IMG/VR virus record: IMGVR_UViG_3300018494_000126
From: a virus
DNA: 64,000 nucleotides
Direction: 5' to 3' (one strand)
A program made the position numbers and the translations under genes. Numbering within the stretch: the stretch's first letter is position 1; the number at the start of each line of letters is the position of its first letter. The notes under the pieces were generated by a model that saw nothing but the letters and a program-made list of their open reading frames with translations, did no database searches and was not told where the DNA came from. This document shows positions 19,147 through 29,902 of the stretch, piece after piece.

Positions 19147-21609
19147 ATGAGTTATTTTAGTATACACAACCACACAGACCGAGATAGTAATTTGCGTATA
19201 CGTGATTCAATTAACAAGGTATCAGATATTATCCAATATGCACATGATATAGGTTTAAAAGGAATTTGCCTAACAGGACATGAATCAGTCACTTCTAGCT
19301 TATCGGCAATAGAATATTTCTATAGCCATAAAGATAATCCAGAATGGGTAGATTTTAAAATAGGTTTGGGAAATGAAATCTATTTATGCACTCGTGATGT
19401 AACACCAGAAAATAAGAAAGGACAGAAATATCCGCACTTTATATTACTGGCTTTAGATTCTTTTGGACATAAGGGTATTAGAGAATTAAGTACACAATCA
19501 TGGTTAAACAATGCTTTTATGAATGTTATGATGCGTGTACCAACATATTATGACGAATTAGAAACTATGTTGGAGACATATAAAGGTCATATTATCGGTT
19601 CTTCTGCTTGCTTGGGAGGTATTTTACCTGCCAAAATATTGGAATTTGAAGCCACAAAAGACCCCGAATTATGGGGCGCATGTATTAGTTGGGTTGAATA
19701 TATGAATGAAATTTTTGGACAAGGTTATTTCTTTTTGGAATTACAACCTTCGCCTAAAATGGAACAGATTATAGTTAATCAATATCTAATTCGCTTATCT
19801 GAAATCACAAACACGCCTTATATTATCAGCACGGATTCCCATTACTTAAAGAAAGAAGATAGAAAATTCCACAAAATCTTTTTAGAAAGTCAGGACGGAG
19901 ATAGAGAAGTTGATGATTTTTATGAAACAACTTATGTGATGACTTCGGAAGAAATTCATGACTTTATGGATGCTTATATAGGGAAAGAAGCGGTACAAAG
20001 AGGTCTGGATAATACTTTATTGATTTATGATATGGTGCAAATATATGACCTGCGCAAACCGATGCGTATTCCGTATGTACCATTTAATTCATCTGAACCA
20101 GACCCATCTTTATTCAAAAAATATCAACCATTGATTCCTCATTTGGATTATTTCTTCCTTTCTGAATATGAGCCAGATAGACATTTGTGTAGAGAAATCG
20201 TGAATGAACTGGAAAGAAAGCCAAAAGAACTTTGCAACACAGAAACTTATGAGGCAATTGCAGAATGTTTGGATTCATTAATTATTGCTTCGGATAAGAT
20301 GAAAGTACGTTGGTCGGCCTATTTATTAGATGTTAAAGATATTGTAGAACTCTTATGGGAAGTATCATTAGTAGGATGTGGCCGAGGTTCTGGTGTAGGA
20401 TTTATTCTAAATTATATATTAAATATTACACAGATTAACCCTTTAAAAGAAAAAACGAAAACATTTCACTGGAGATTTTTAAATCCCGAACGTGCGTCGC
20501 CATTAGATATTGATGTAGATATTGAGGGTTCTAAACGAGAAGCGGTTATGCGAAAATTCCGTGACACTTATGGTGCAGATAGAATTAGTAAAGTTATGAC
20601 GTTATCTACCGAAAAACCACGTAGTGCTATTTTAACCAGTGCTAGAGGATTGGGTATAGATAATGATACGGCACAGTATATATCTTCATTAATTGTAGCA
20701 GATAGAGGACAATTACGTTCCTTTAAACAGATGTATTTTGGAGATGAAGATAACCGCCCTGTAATGGAATTTGTTCGTGAAATGGAAAGATACCCTGAAT
20801 TATGGGAGTGTGCACAGAAGTTTGAAGGTTTGGTAAATGGGGTAGGTTCTCATGCTGGGGGCATTATTTTAACAGATGAACCATTTACAGAAGTAGCAGC
20901 ACAGATGAAAACCAATTCAGGAGATATTATTACTCAATTTGATTTACATGAATGTGAAAAATTATCATTAATTAAATTCGACTGTCTGTCTGTAGAAGCA
21001 CTCGACAAGATTCATGCTTGTATGAATTTACTATTAGAGGATGGTGTTATTGAGTGGCAAGGAACTCTCAAAGATACTTATGAAAAGTATTTAGGTATAT
21101 ATACTTTAGAACGTGATGCAGAAGAAATGTGGAAATTACTGTGGGAACATAAAGTATTAAGCTTTTTCCAGATGGAGAAGGCTTCGGGGATTCAAGCCAT
21201 TTCGTTATCAAAACCACATTCAGTAGATGATTTAGCAGCTTTAAACTCAGTTATGAGACTTATGGCACAAGAAAAGGGTGGGGAAGCACCGCTTGAGAAG
21301 TATGCTAGATTTAAAAATGATATTAATTTATGGTATCAGGAAATGTCTAGTATGGGACTTACAGAGGAAGAACAAGATATATTAAAGGATATTTTAGGTA
21401 TTTCCTATGGTATTTGTGAAGCGCAGGAATACTTATTTCTGTTAGTTATGCATCCTAAGATTGGTGGTTTTTCATTAGCATGGGCAGACAAGTTGAGAAA
21501 ATCTGTAGCGAAGAAGTCTCCAAAAGATTTTGAAATATTACAGCAGGAATTTTTACAAAACGCAAAAGAAAAACAATTATCAAATAAATTAATTCGTTAT
21601 GTGTGGTTT
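19147..21609 (+). CDS. dnaE: DNA polymerase III alpha (DnaE-type), exon 1
   Basis: N-terminal PHP domain (HNHTDRDS...); last residues align to E. coli DnaE ...KQRSVF...IFDLVEKF just upstream of GYGFNKSH; exon end approximate. Confidence 0.8.
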
Positions 21610-21933
21610 GTATTAATTTTCATGCAACGTGGGTAAACAAACCTGCTCACGTAAAATTCGGTGAACGTATGCAAAAACGGTGTGTAACATTTTTGTTATG
21701 CTAACGGTGAAAGCCTAAGTCGTAAGATAAGGTAATACCGTGCCAAGCCTTATACATAAGGAAGGTGTAACGACTATTACGTACATCTGAGATTAGCACA
21801 GATGGAAGTGCCGAATAGAGTATTTTACTCTAAAGATATAGTCTAATCCCTATAGAAATACCGAGAAATCGGGGGTATAAATGATGGATTTAATCGTTCT
21901 CATTGTCTTGCTTACAGTTTATTGGGATTGCAG
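21610..21933 (+). mobile_element. group I intron in dnaE (no ORF)
   Basis: Untranslatable ~320-nt gap inside a conserved DnaE motif. Contains the group I S-element-like AAGATATAGTC preceded by GACTA, and a 5' motif (GTAAAATTCGGTGAAC) shared with the nrdD intron. Boundaries approximate: U before 5' site, G at 21933. Confidence 0.6.
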
Positions 21934-23310
21934 GAACTGAATTTATGTTATAAATATGGTTCAATCTATTGGTCTGCGGCCAATTTGGTTGTAGATTCTG
22001 GGTCATATAATGAAGATGCAAACGATGGAACTAACTATGGAAAAATGTCTACGGCTATTGCTTCAATTAAACAGAGTGGTACAGAAGTAGCTTTACCACT
22101 TATTAATGAAGCGGATTTTGGTTTTAAAGTGGATAAACAAAATAATCGTATCTTATTCAGTCTTAAAGCAATCAATGGAATCGGAACAGAAGCAGTACAA
22201 ACAATTCTAGAGCACCGACCATATAATTCATTTCAAGATTTCTGTGACAAACTTATCGTCACCAAATTACTCACAAATGCACAAATGATTAAGTTAATCA
22301 AAGGCGGTAGTTTTACCGAACTACACAATACAGACCGTACTAAAACTATGCGGTTATATTTAGAAAATTATGTGTTTAAACCATGTGATAATCTCACCAT
22401 GTCTCAAATGGGTAAAATGGTTGAAATGAAAATGATTCCTGATGAGTTTGACATTATTATACGTATTCTGAACTTTAAAGATTATGTTTTACATCCAGAT
22501 GGGTTAGATAGATTATATGTAAACCCAGATAAAAAAGTTCCGAAGTGCGGTTATCATGACAGATATTTTCTATTAGATAGCAATTCTCAATCATTTTTCG
22601 TGGCTAATTTCTCCGAAGATGCAGTAATTGAAGTGAAGAATTCGTATTATGTTATCTCTGAAAAGAACTTCTTGAAAGAAGTCGAAACCAAATTAAAAAC
22701 GTTTAGAGATTGGATGAGTAAAGAAGAAACACTAAACTTATACAATCAAAAACTATTTAATGAATTATGGGAGAAACACGCTTCTGGTACAGTACCTCAT
22801 TGGAATATGGAAGCATTAAGCTATTATGATGCGGAACATGAGTTAGACGGGGTAGATGAAAAGCATTATGGAATTGTCAATTACTTTGATTTACCAGAAG
22901 AACCAGAACCTTATGAGTGGTACACCCGTCGTATTAACGGAGAACCACGAGCGTTTCCTAAATATAAAATTAGCCGTTTGGCTGGAACAGTATTAGCGAA
23001 TGATAATAATCATCATTCATTTACTTTATTGACTAGATATGGAGTAGTAACAGTAAAAACAAATAAGGGAGCTTATGCTTATTATAACAAAACCATATCT
23101 CAGGTATCAGAAGAGAATGGTAAAAAGAAAAGATTGGAAGAAAGTTGGTTAAAACGAGGAACGCTTTTATTATGTCATGGTATGAGAATGGGAGACCAAT
23201 TCTTCTTAAAAGTGTATAACGATTCGATTTTTAATCACACCATTAACAAAATTGTAGAAGTTACGGATGAAAAGGAATTAATTGTACAAGCAGAGCGACT
23301 TCAAATCTAG
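21934..23310 (+). CDS. dnaE: DNA polymerase III alpha (DnaE-type), exon 2
   Basis: ...SIYWSAANLVVD... aligns to GYGFNKSHSAAYALV; (HhH)2 / OB-fold-like C-terminal region; same reading frame modulo 3 as exon 1. Confidence 0.75.
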   Translation, partial: ELNLCYKYGSIYWSAANLVVDSGSYNEDANDGTNYGKMSTAIASIKQSGTEVALPLINEADFGFKVDKQNNRILFSLKAINGIGTEAVQTILEHRPYNSFQDFCDKLIVTKLLTNAQMIKLIKGGSFTELHNTDRTKTMRLYLENYVFKPCDNLTMSQMGKMVEMKMIPDEFDIIIRILNFKDYVLHPDGLDRLYVNPDKKVPKCGYHDRYFLLDSNSQSFFVANFSEDAVIEVKNSYYVISEKNFLKEVETKLKTFRDWMSKEETLNLYNQKLFNELWEKHASGTVPHWNMEALSYYDAEHELDGVDEKHYGIVNYFDLPEEPEPYEWYTRRINGEPRAFPKYKISRLAGTVLANDNNHHSFTLLTRYGVVTVKTNKGAYAYYNKTISQVSEENGKKKRLEESWLKRGTLLLCHGMRMGDQFFLKVYNDSIFNHTINKIVEVTDEKELIVQAERLQI

Positions 23311-23416
23311 TCATAGATAATAACGTATAACGAGCTGAGAGAGAAATAAGCCGTTTAAATATTTTAGACGACTATTTCTCCACTTATGCTCTTAAACATA
23401 GAAATAGGGACAAAAT

Positions 23417-25693
23417 ATGAGCAAAAACATACAGAATATGGACGAAGATAAAATTAAAATAACGTGTTCCATTGAAGATATTATTTATTATAAAAACGAC
23501 TGGGGCATTATAAAATGTAGCGTAGATGATATAATTTCGGGAAAATTATCAAATAAAATCATAGTTTTAAAGGGTACGATGATTCAGCCCAAAATAGGTA
23601 ATAAATATATCGTAACTGCCATATATGCTCCAGACCCAAAATTCGGAGAACAATATGAAATTAAAACAATTATCAATGCACTAAGTTTAAGTGTAGATGA
23701 TAAAGACGGTCAGCAAAAATTTCTGTCAACCATTTTTACTCCTAATCAAGTAGACAGTATGTATCAAGCATTGGACAATCCATTTGAGACTTTGAAAAAA
23801 GGCGATGTCGCTTCTCTTGTGAAAATTAATGGTTGTGGTTTACACAGAGCAGGAGAATGGGTAGATAGATTTAATATGCATTATCATTTGGCTAATATTT
23901 ATATTGAGTTAGAAGATTTTAATTTAACTCAGCTTATGATTCAGAAACTATTAGCCAAATATAAATCACCCGAAATTGTAATTGAGACAGTGAAACATAA
24001 CCCATACACATTAATGCAAATAGATGGAGTAGGATGGTCTACTGCTGATAAATTTGCATTAGAGGGCGGTATCAATCCTTATGGAGTAGAACGTGTAATA
24101 GCTTATATTAAATATTATCTTAATTCAATGGGGGAAAATGGTTATTCATGGGTTACCCCAGATGAATTATTTGGTGCTTTATTAGAAACTCTTGGCGAAG
24201 AAGTCGCGGATGAAACAGTAGTAAAAGCTATCCACGATTTATACAATCAGGGTATTGTATATTACAACAACGATAAAACAAAAATTGGTTTAAGCAAATA
24301 TTATAATGTAGAACAGAACATAGCAAAAGAATTGCTTCGATTGAGAGATGCGACTCCCATTACTTCATACACAGATTGGCGCGAAGATGTTAAACAATTA
24401 GAAATAGCACAAGGTTGGAATTATACAGAAGAACAGTTAAATGGTATTCAGACTACATTAGAAAATAATGTGTGTATTGTATATGGAGAGGCTGGTTGTG
24501 GTAAAACATCTTTAGTGAGTGCAATGTTGAAAGCGCTACCTAATTATTCATTTGCACAAACAAGTTTAGCGGGACGAGCAGCGGCTAGAATGAGTGAAGT
24601 TACTGGAGCAGAGGGCTACACCATTCATCGTTTGTTGGGATATCCTTGTACAGAGGAAATAAATAAAGATGGTTTCGCATTTCATGATGAAAATCCTTTA
24701 TCTCATCAAATCATTATTGTAGATGAAATTTCGATGATAGACGCTTTTCTTTTTTATGATTTAATTCGTGCAATACGAGATGGGGCTAAGTTAATTATGC
24801 TAGGGGATATTGCGCAGTTGGAATCTATCGGGTGTGGAAATGTTGCTTATGATATGATTAATTCTGGTTCTATTCCTGTGGTTCATTTACAAGAAATTCA
24901 TAGACAGGCCGCAGATAGTGCTATTATTACCGAAAGTAGAAAGATTCGTCATGGATACCAGATTATTAATAAAGGCTGGGTAGGAACTCAAACCCTTGGT
25001 AAATTACAGGATTTAACTATTACTTGTTATAATGATAGAAGTAATACTTTTTATAATATTATGCAGAGCGTGCAAAAACGTTTAGATGAAAAGAAAAACA
25101 TCATGGATATTCAAGTAATTGTTCCTGTTAAAGATAAAGGACAAGCTTGTACATATGTATTAAATAATGCGATTCAGGAGTTATATAATCCAGCAAGTAA
25201 ATATAGAGCAGAGTACACTTATATCCAACGTGGTAAACCAGTTATTTTACGTGAGGGTGATAAGGTAATAAATACAAAAAATAATTATAAAACTACACCA
25301 AATATTTTCAATGGCAGTATTGGTATGATTCGTAAAATTACCAAAGATGAGTTTGATGATGAACAAATTGCCATTATTGATTTTGTTGGTATAGGAGAAG
25401 TTGTTGTATCTGGTGGTGATTTGTCTAGTATTGAGCCAGCATATGCAATTACAGTACATAAAATGCAAGGTTCACAATGTGATTATTGTATTTTGGGCGT
25501 GGATTTTTCAGGTTATAGTTTATTAACTAGAGAACTGTTATATACAGGTATTACTAGAGCAAAGAAACATACAGAAGTAATAGCGGAAAGTAATGCTTTA
25601 CGTATGGCATGTTCAAAAGAGGGTGTTTCTAAGAAGCAAACTTATTTAAAAGAATGTTTGTATGAATTAGAACATCCAAAATTAGATTTTTAA
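23417..25693 (+). CDS. RecD-like SF1 DNA helicase
   Basis: Walker A VYGEAGCGKTS, Walker B IIVDEISMID, C-terminal AITVHKMQGSQ (RecD/TraA motif). Confidence 0.8.
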   Translation: MSKNIQNMDEDKIKITCSIEDIIYYKNDWGIIKCSVDDIISGKLSNKIIVLKGTMIQPKIGNKYIVTAIYAPDPKFGEQYEIKTIINALSLSVDDKDGQQKFLSTIFTPNQVDSMYQALDNPFETLKKGDVASLVKINGCGLHRAGEWVDRFNMHYHLANIYIELEDFNLTQLMIQKLLAKYKSPEIVIETVKHNPYTLMQIDGVGWSTADKFALEGGINPYGVERVIAYIKYYLNSMGENGYSWVTPDELFGALLETLGEEVADETVVKAIHDLYNQGIVYYNNDKTKIGLSKYYNVEQNIAKELLRLRDATPITSYTDWREDVKQLEIAQGWNYTEEQLNGIQTTLENNVCIVYGEAGCGKTSLVSAMLKALPNYSFAQTSLAGRAAARMSEVTGAEGYTIHRLLGYPCTEEINKDGFAFHDENPLSHQIIIVDEISMIDAFLFYDLIRAIRDGAKLIMLGDIAQLESIGCGNVAYDMINSGSIPVVHLQEIHRQAADSAIITESRKIRHGYQIINKGWVGTQTLGKLQDLTITCYNDRSNTFYNIMQSVQKRLDEKKNIMDIQVIVPVKDKGQACTYVLNNAIQELYNPASKYRAEYTYIQRGKPVILREGDKVINTKNNYKTTPNIFNGSIGMIRKITKDEFDDEQIAIIDFVGIGEVVVSGGDLSSIEPAYAITVHKMQGSQCDYCILGVDFSGYSLLTRELLYTGITRAKKHTEVIAESNALRMACSKEGVSKKQTYLKECLYELEHPKLDF

Positions 25694-25695
25694 AA

Positions 25696-25724
25696 TGAAC
25701 ATGTCCTGACAAAAATTGTATAAT
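25696..25724 (+). promoter_or_regulatory. sigma70-type promoter (TGAACA, 17 bp spacer, TGTATAAT)
   Basis: TAAAATGAACATGTCCTGACAAAAATTGTATAATG. Confidence 0.55.
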
Positions 25725-25749
25725 GAAAATGAAAGGACGGGAAAACAAT

Positions 25750-26385
25750 ATGTCTTATTATTTATCCAAATATAAGGGGCAATATAGATTGCTCGCTCCT
25801 TATGATTTGCAGACAAATGATTTTCCACGAGAACCTGACGGTAGTTTATGTACTTCAGATGTATATATTAAATGTACAAATAAATGTCAAATATTTTATT
25901 ACGGTAAAGGAATATTAGAATTTTATTGTCCGTCGTTAGGACGTGGTAGAAATATAATAAGAGCAATCAAAGCCGATGGGTTAATAGATAATATATTATC
26001 TGTTCGAGAATCTGATGAAGAAGTCATAATTCAATTCTATGATAAGAACTTTTCAAAACTCGTATCTTATTTTCAACCGCTGACAAGTGGTGCTTCAATC
26101 AGTCCATTTTCCATTAAAAATTTACCAAAAACTAAATACACAATACCAGAGGAAGATTTGCAAAAATATAACGCAATTGTTGAACCATCTGGATTATCCT
26201 ACTTAGCATTAGGACATTTATGTAAGGAATTTATTAATTCTTTAGCCACTAAAAAACGTCCAAAAGAAGTAATTGTTGCCGATATGCGACAGCGTGGACT
26301 CAAGGGTAAAGATTATATTCATAGTGTCGGTTTGTGGGATAAATATCTAAAATTTGTCACGAAGAAAGTGGGTGAATTACCATAA
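25750..26385 (+). CDS. hypothetical protein
   Basis: Start taken at the ATG at 25750 (MSYYLSKYKG...); the track ORF starts at 25723, which lies inside the -10 element. Confidence 0.45.
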   Translation: MSYYLSKYKGQYRLLAPYDLQTNDFPREPDGSLCTSDVYIKCTNKCQIFYYGKGILEFYCPSLGRGRNIIRAIKADGLIDNILSVRESDEEVIIQFYDKNFSKLVSYFQPLTSGASISPFSIKNLPKTKYTIPEEDLQKYNAIVEPSGLSYLALGHLCKEFINSLATKKRPKEVIVADMRQRGLKGKDYIHSVGLWDKYLKFVTKKVGELP

Positions 26386-26423
26386 AAACTTTTACGATTT
26401 ATACTGCTGGGGCATGTTCAGGA

Positions 26424-26828
26424 GTGACGGAACAAGAAAGTCGTTCATGGAGAGAATACGCTCAACAGTATTTTAAAAATTTACAGTGTGAAGCATCTGA
26501 TATGGTGGAAGTACGAGTAATTAATATTAATGATTATTATTCAGTAGAAGAACAGCGACATCAATCTGAACGTGAAATTATGGAATTCTGTTTATATCAG
26601 GCTTGTCACGCAGATTTAATTCTATTTAATGGTCACAATAGTCTAAATTCATTAGGAACTATGGGAGAACTTACAGCGGCTAAATTATGCCATATTCCCA
26701 TTGTTTGTTTTAATGAATTTGATGACACCATTTATCCATGGGAACAGGAATATAGTTGGGTAACTTTTGATTCCCAACAACATGCAATGGAGTGGATTTA
26801 TAGCCATTTTATTCAAAATTATAACTAG
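26424..26828 (+). CDS. nucleoside 2-deoxyribosyltransferase (NDT/Rcl) family protein
   Basis: GTMGELTAAKL..IPIV matches the NDT D-GT-ElG motif. The in-frame upstream extension encodes TFTIYTAGAC (NDT N-terminal IYLAG motif) but has no ATG/GTG/TTG back to the stop at 26373. Confidence 0.55.
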   Translation: MTEQESRSWREYAQQYFKNLQCEASDMVEVRVININDYYSVEEQRHQSEREIMEFCLYQACHADLILFNGHNSLNSLGTMGELTAAKLCHIPIVCFNEFDDTIYPWEQEYSWVTFDSQQHAMEWIYSHFIQNYN

Positions 26829-26840
26829 AGGAGTAACTGA

Positions 26841-28043
26841 ATGAGGATTATTAAAAAAGATGGCACATTAGAAGATTATAATGAACAAAAAATAATTAAT
26901 GCTTGTAATAAAGCTGCTAGACGAGCAATGGTAGAATTAAATGCTAATGATTATCAGTTGATTTGTAACGCCGTCTGGGAAAAACTCGTTGAAAATGATT
27001 TAGAAGAAACTGAAATTTATGAAATGCATAATATCGTTGAAGCCGTATTGGAAGAATTATATCCAATAGTGGGGAAAATGTATAAAGAATATAGAAATTA
27101 TAAAAAAGACTTTGTTCATATGATGGATAAAGTATACGCCAGAAGTCAAGCAATTAGATACATTGGTGATAAGAGTAATGCTAATACTGATTCTGCTTTG
27201 GTGGCAACAAAGAGAAGTTTAATTTATAACGAACTGAGCAGTGAATTATATAAGAAGTTTTTCTTAACACTTGATGAAAAGCAAGCAATGAAAGATGGGT
27301 ACATCTATATCCATGATAGGAGTGCTAGACTTGATTCCTTTAATTGCTGTTTGATGCGTGTAGGCCATATTATGCATAACGGTTTTGAAATGGGGAACGT
27401 TTGGTATAACGAGCCTAATTCACTTGATACTGCATTCGATGTTATGGGAGATATTATCCTTTCAACAGCTGCACAGCAATACGGAGGGTTTACTGTACCA
27501 GAAGTTGATAAGATTTTAGCACCTTATGCAGAGAAGTCTTATAGAAAATATATTGAAGAATATAGAAAAGTTGAAAATGATGTATTAAGTCAAGTGTCTT
27601 GGAATGGTCGAGTTAAAGACGAAGGAGCTATAAAATATGCTCTTGATAAAGTCAGAAGAGACTTTGAACAAGGTTGGCAAGGCATTGAATATAAGTTAAA
27701 TACAGTTGGTTCTTCTAGGGGCGATTACCCATTCGTTACCATGACTATAGGATTAGCAACAGATATATTTGGCAAAATGGCCGCTATTACTTTACTCCAA
27801 GTACATAGTGAGGGCCAAGGTAAGAAAGGATTTAAGCGTCCTGTTTTATTCCCTAAGATTGTATTCTTATATGATAAAGAACTTCACGGAGATGGTTCTG
27901 AACAGTATCCAAATGCAGATGTATTTAATGCAGGAATTGATTGTAGTAGTAAAACCATGTATCCTGATTGGTTATCTTTAACTGGTAATGGATATGTACC
28001 TGAAATGTATAAGAAATATAAAAGAGTGATTAGTCCAATGGGT
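26841..28043 (+). CDS. nrdD: anaerobic ribonucleoside-triphosphate reductase NrdD, exon 1
   Basis: N-terminal ATP-cone (MRIIKKDGTLEDYNEQKIINA), class III RNR core, ends ...YKRVISPMG. Confidence 0.8.
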
Positions 28044-28943
28044 TAATATGATAGCTCATGTAAAACTCGGTGAACTTATATATATAAGGTGTCAATTCAA
28101 CGAATAGTAACCATAGGAAATGATGGCTAATGAATTGGCTAACAGGGGAAGTCATTATTATGATAATCCTGTGCTAATATTCAACGTATTCACTTTTAAA
28201 GAAGGTGAATTTTATATAGAAACAATAATTATAAATAAAGAAATTCAAGGTTTTGAGAGATATCGAATCAACATTAACGGTGTGATTTATGATACTAAAC
28301 GAAACAAAGAAATTGGTCAGTGGATAGATACCGTTGGGTATTACCAATGTGTTTTAAGAGATTCAAATGGTAAGAAATGTTATAAACGTGTACATAGGTT
28401 GGTCGCCAATACGTTTATTCCTAATCCAAATAATCTACCACAAGTCAATCATAAAGATGGAAATAAGTTAAATAATAATATAGATAACTTAGAGTGGTGT
28501 ACAAATAGTGATAACACCCAACATGGTTATGATAACAAATTATATAAATATAAGTCAAGATGTCATGCGATAAACGTCTATTATAAGAAAAATGGTAAAT
28601 ATTTTAAAACTTATAAATCTATAAGAAGTATGTGTGAAGATTTACATATTAATAGAAAGACAGTAACCATGATATTAAAAGATGAAAAATTAACTAATAA
28701 TTATGATTATTTATTTGAATACGTTGAAGAAAGTCAAGAGACTATCGAAAGCATAGCATAAGAGAAAAACTTATGCGAAGAAGCGAGTAGAGTACATATA
28801 AGGTGAAAGTCCTTATGTGGAAGTGCCGAGCATCTATTATTTGGTAATAGAATAATAGATGAAGATATAGTCCAAACTGCGAAAGCAGTTAGTGTCGTGC
28901 ATTCCTTTCTCCATGGTATGAAAGAGGTGGAATGCATCCTGCG
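28044..28943 (+). mobile_element. group I intron in nrdD carrying an HNH homing endonuclease ORF
   Basis: 5' end CATGTAAAACTCGGTGAACTTAT is homologous to the dnaE intron 5' end; 3' part has GGAAGTGCCGAG and the S-like AAGATATAGTCC; interrupts an otherwise continuous NrdD; boundaries approximate. Confidence 0.6.
28120..28761 (+). CDS. HNH homing endonuclease (intron-encoded)
   Basis: VHRLVANTF...NHKDGNKLNNNIDNLEWCT..NTQHG HNH_3-type motif plus NUMOD-like regions; lies inside the nrdD intron. Confidence 0.8.
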   Translation: MMANELANRGSHYYDNPVLIFNVFTFKEGEFYIETIIINKEIQGFERYRININGVIYDTKRNKEIGQWIDTVGYYQCVLRDSNGKKCYKRVHRLVANTFIPNPNNLPQVNHKDGNKLNNNIDNLEWCTNSDNTQHGYDNKLYKYKSRCHAINVYYKKNGKYFKTYKSIRSMCEDLHINRKTVTMILKDEKLTNNYDYLFEYVEESQETIESIA

Positions 28944-29852
28944 GATGAGGATGACAAGCCAGTATTTGAAGGAAGATGTAATTTAGGTGTTGTATCGCTT
29001 AATTTACCGATGATTTTAGCAAAATCAAGACAAGAATCAAAAGACTTTTTTGAAGTATTGGAACATTATCTTGAACTTATCAGAGGATTACATAAGCGTA
29101 CTTATGATTATATTGGAGAACTTCGAGCGAGTGTAAATCCTATTGCTTTCTGTGAGGGTGGTTTATATGGTGGTAATTTAAAACCAGAAGAGAAGATTAA
29201 GTCAATTCTTCCTCCTATGACAATTAGTTATGGTATTACTGCTCTAAACGAATTACAGAGATTATATAATGGTAACTCTATTAGAGAAGATGGACAATTT
29301 GCTTTAGAAGTAATGCAGTATATTCAGAACTATGTAGATAGAATTAAAGAAGAAGATAATATTCTATATGCAATATATGGAACGCCTGCTGAGAGCCTTT
29401 GTGGTTTACAAGTAGAACAGTTCCGTAAAATGTATGGGATTATCGAAAATGTGTCAGATAAGCCTTATGTAAGTAATAGTTTTCACTGTCATGTATCTGA
29501 AGAAATGTCACCTATTGAAAAACAAGATAAAGAAGAAAGATTTTGGGATTATTTCAATGGTGGAAAAATTCAGTATGTCAGATATAACTTAGGTTATAAC
29601 AAGGAAGCAATTAAAACTCTCGTGCTTAGAGCTATGGATAAAGGGTTTTATGAGGGGGTAAATCTTGCAATGTGTTATTGTGAAGATTGTGGCTATCAGC
29701 AAGTGGAAATGGATGTCTGCCCTAAATGTGGAAGTTCCATGATTACGAAAATTGACCGTATGAATGGCTATTTAGGATTCACTAGAGTACATGGTGATAC
29801 ACGTTATAACGAAGCAAAGAATGCGGAAATCGCGGATAGAGTGAGTATGTAA
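28944..29852 (+). CDS. nrdD: anaerobic ribonucleotide reductase NrdD, exon 2
   Basis: GRCNLGVVSLNLP motif, Zn-ribbon CEDCG...CPKCG, C-terminal RMNGYLG glycyl-radical-like motif; exon start approximate. Confidence 0.75.
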   Translation, partial: DEDDKPVFEGRCNLGVVSLNLPMILAKSRQESKDFFEVLEHYLELIRGLHKRTYDYIGELRASVNPIAFCEGGLYGGNLKPEEKIKSILPPMTISYGITALNELQRLYNGNSIREDGQFALEVMQYIQNYVDRIKEEDNILYAIYGTPAESLCGLQVEQFRKMYGIIENVSDKPYVSNSFHCHVSEEMSPIEKQDKEERFWDYFNGGKIQYVRYNLGYNKEAIKTLVLRAMDKGFYEGVNLAMCYCEDCGYQQVEMDVCPKCGSSMITKIDRMNGYLGFTRVHGDTRYNEAKNAEIADRVSM

Positions 29853-29902
29853 GGGGGCATCCCCTTACTACTCTAATCAAACAGATAAGGAGAACAAACA
29901 AT

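Noticed and set aside
21637-21921. Intein or separate small gene between the two DnaE halves
   Set aside because: All frames contain stops and no ORF spans the gap, so an intein is excluded. Group-I-like sequence elements fit an intron better.
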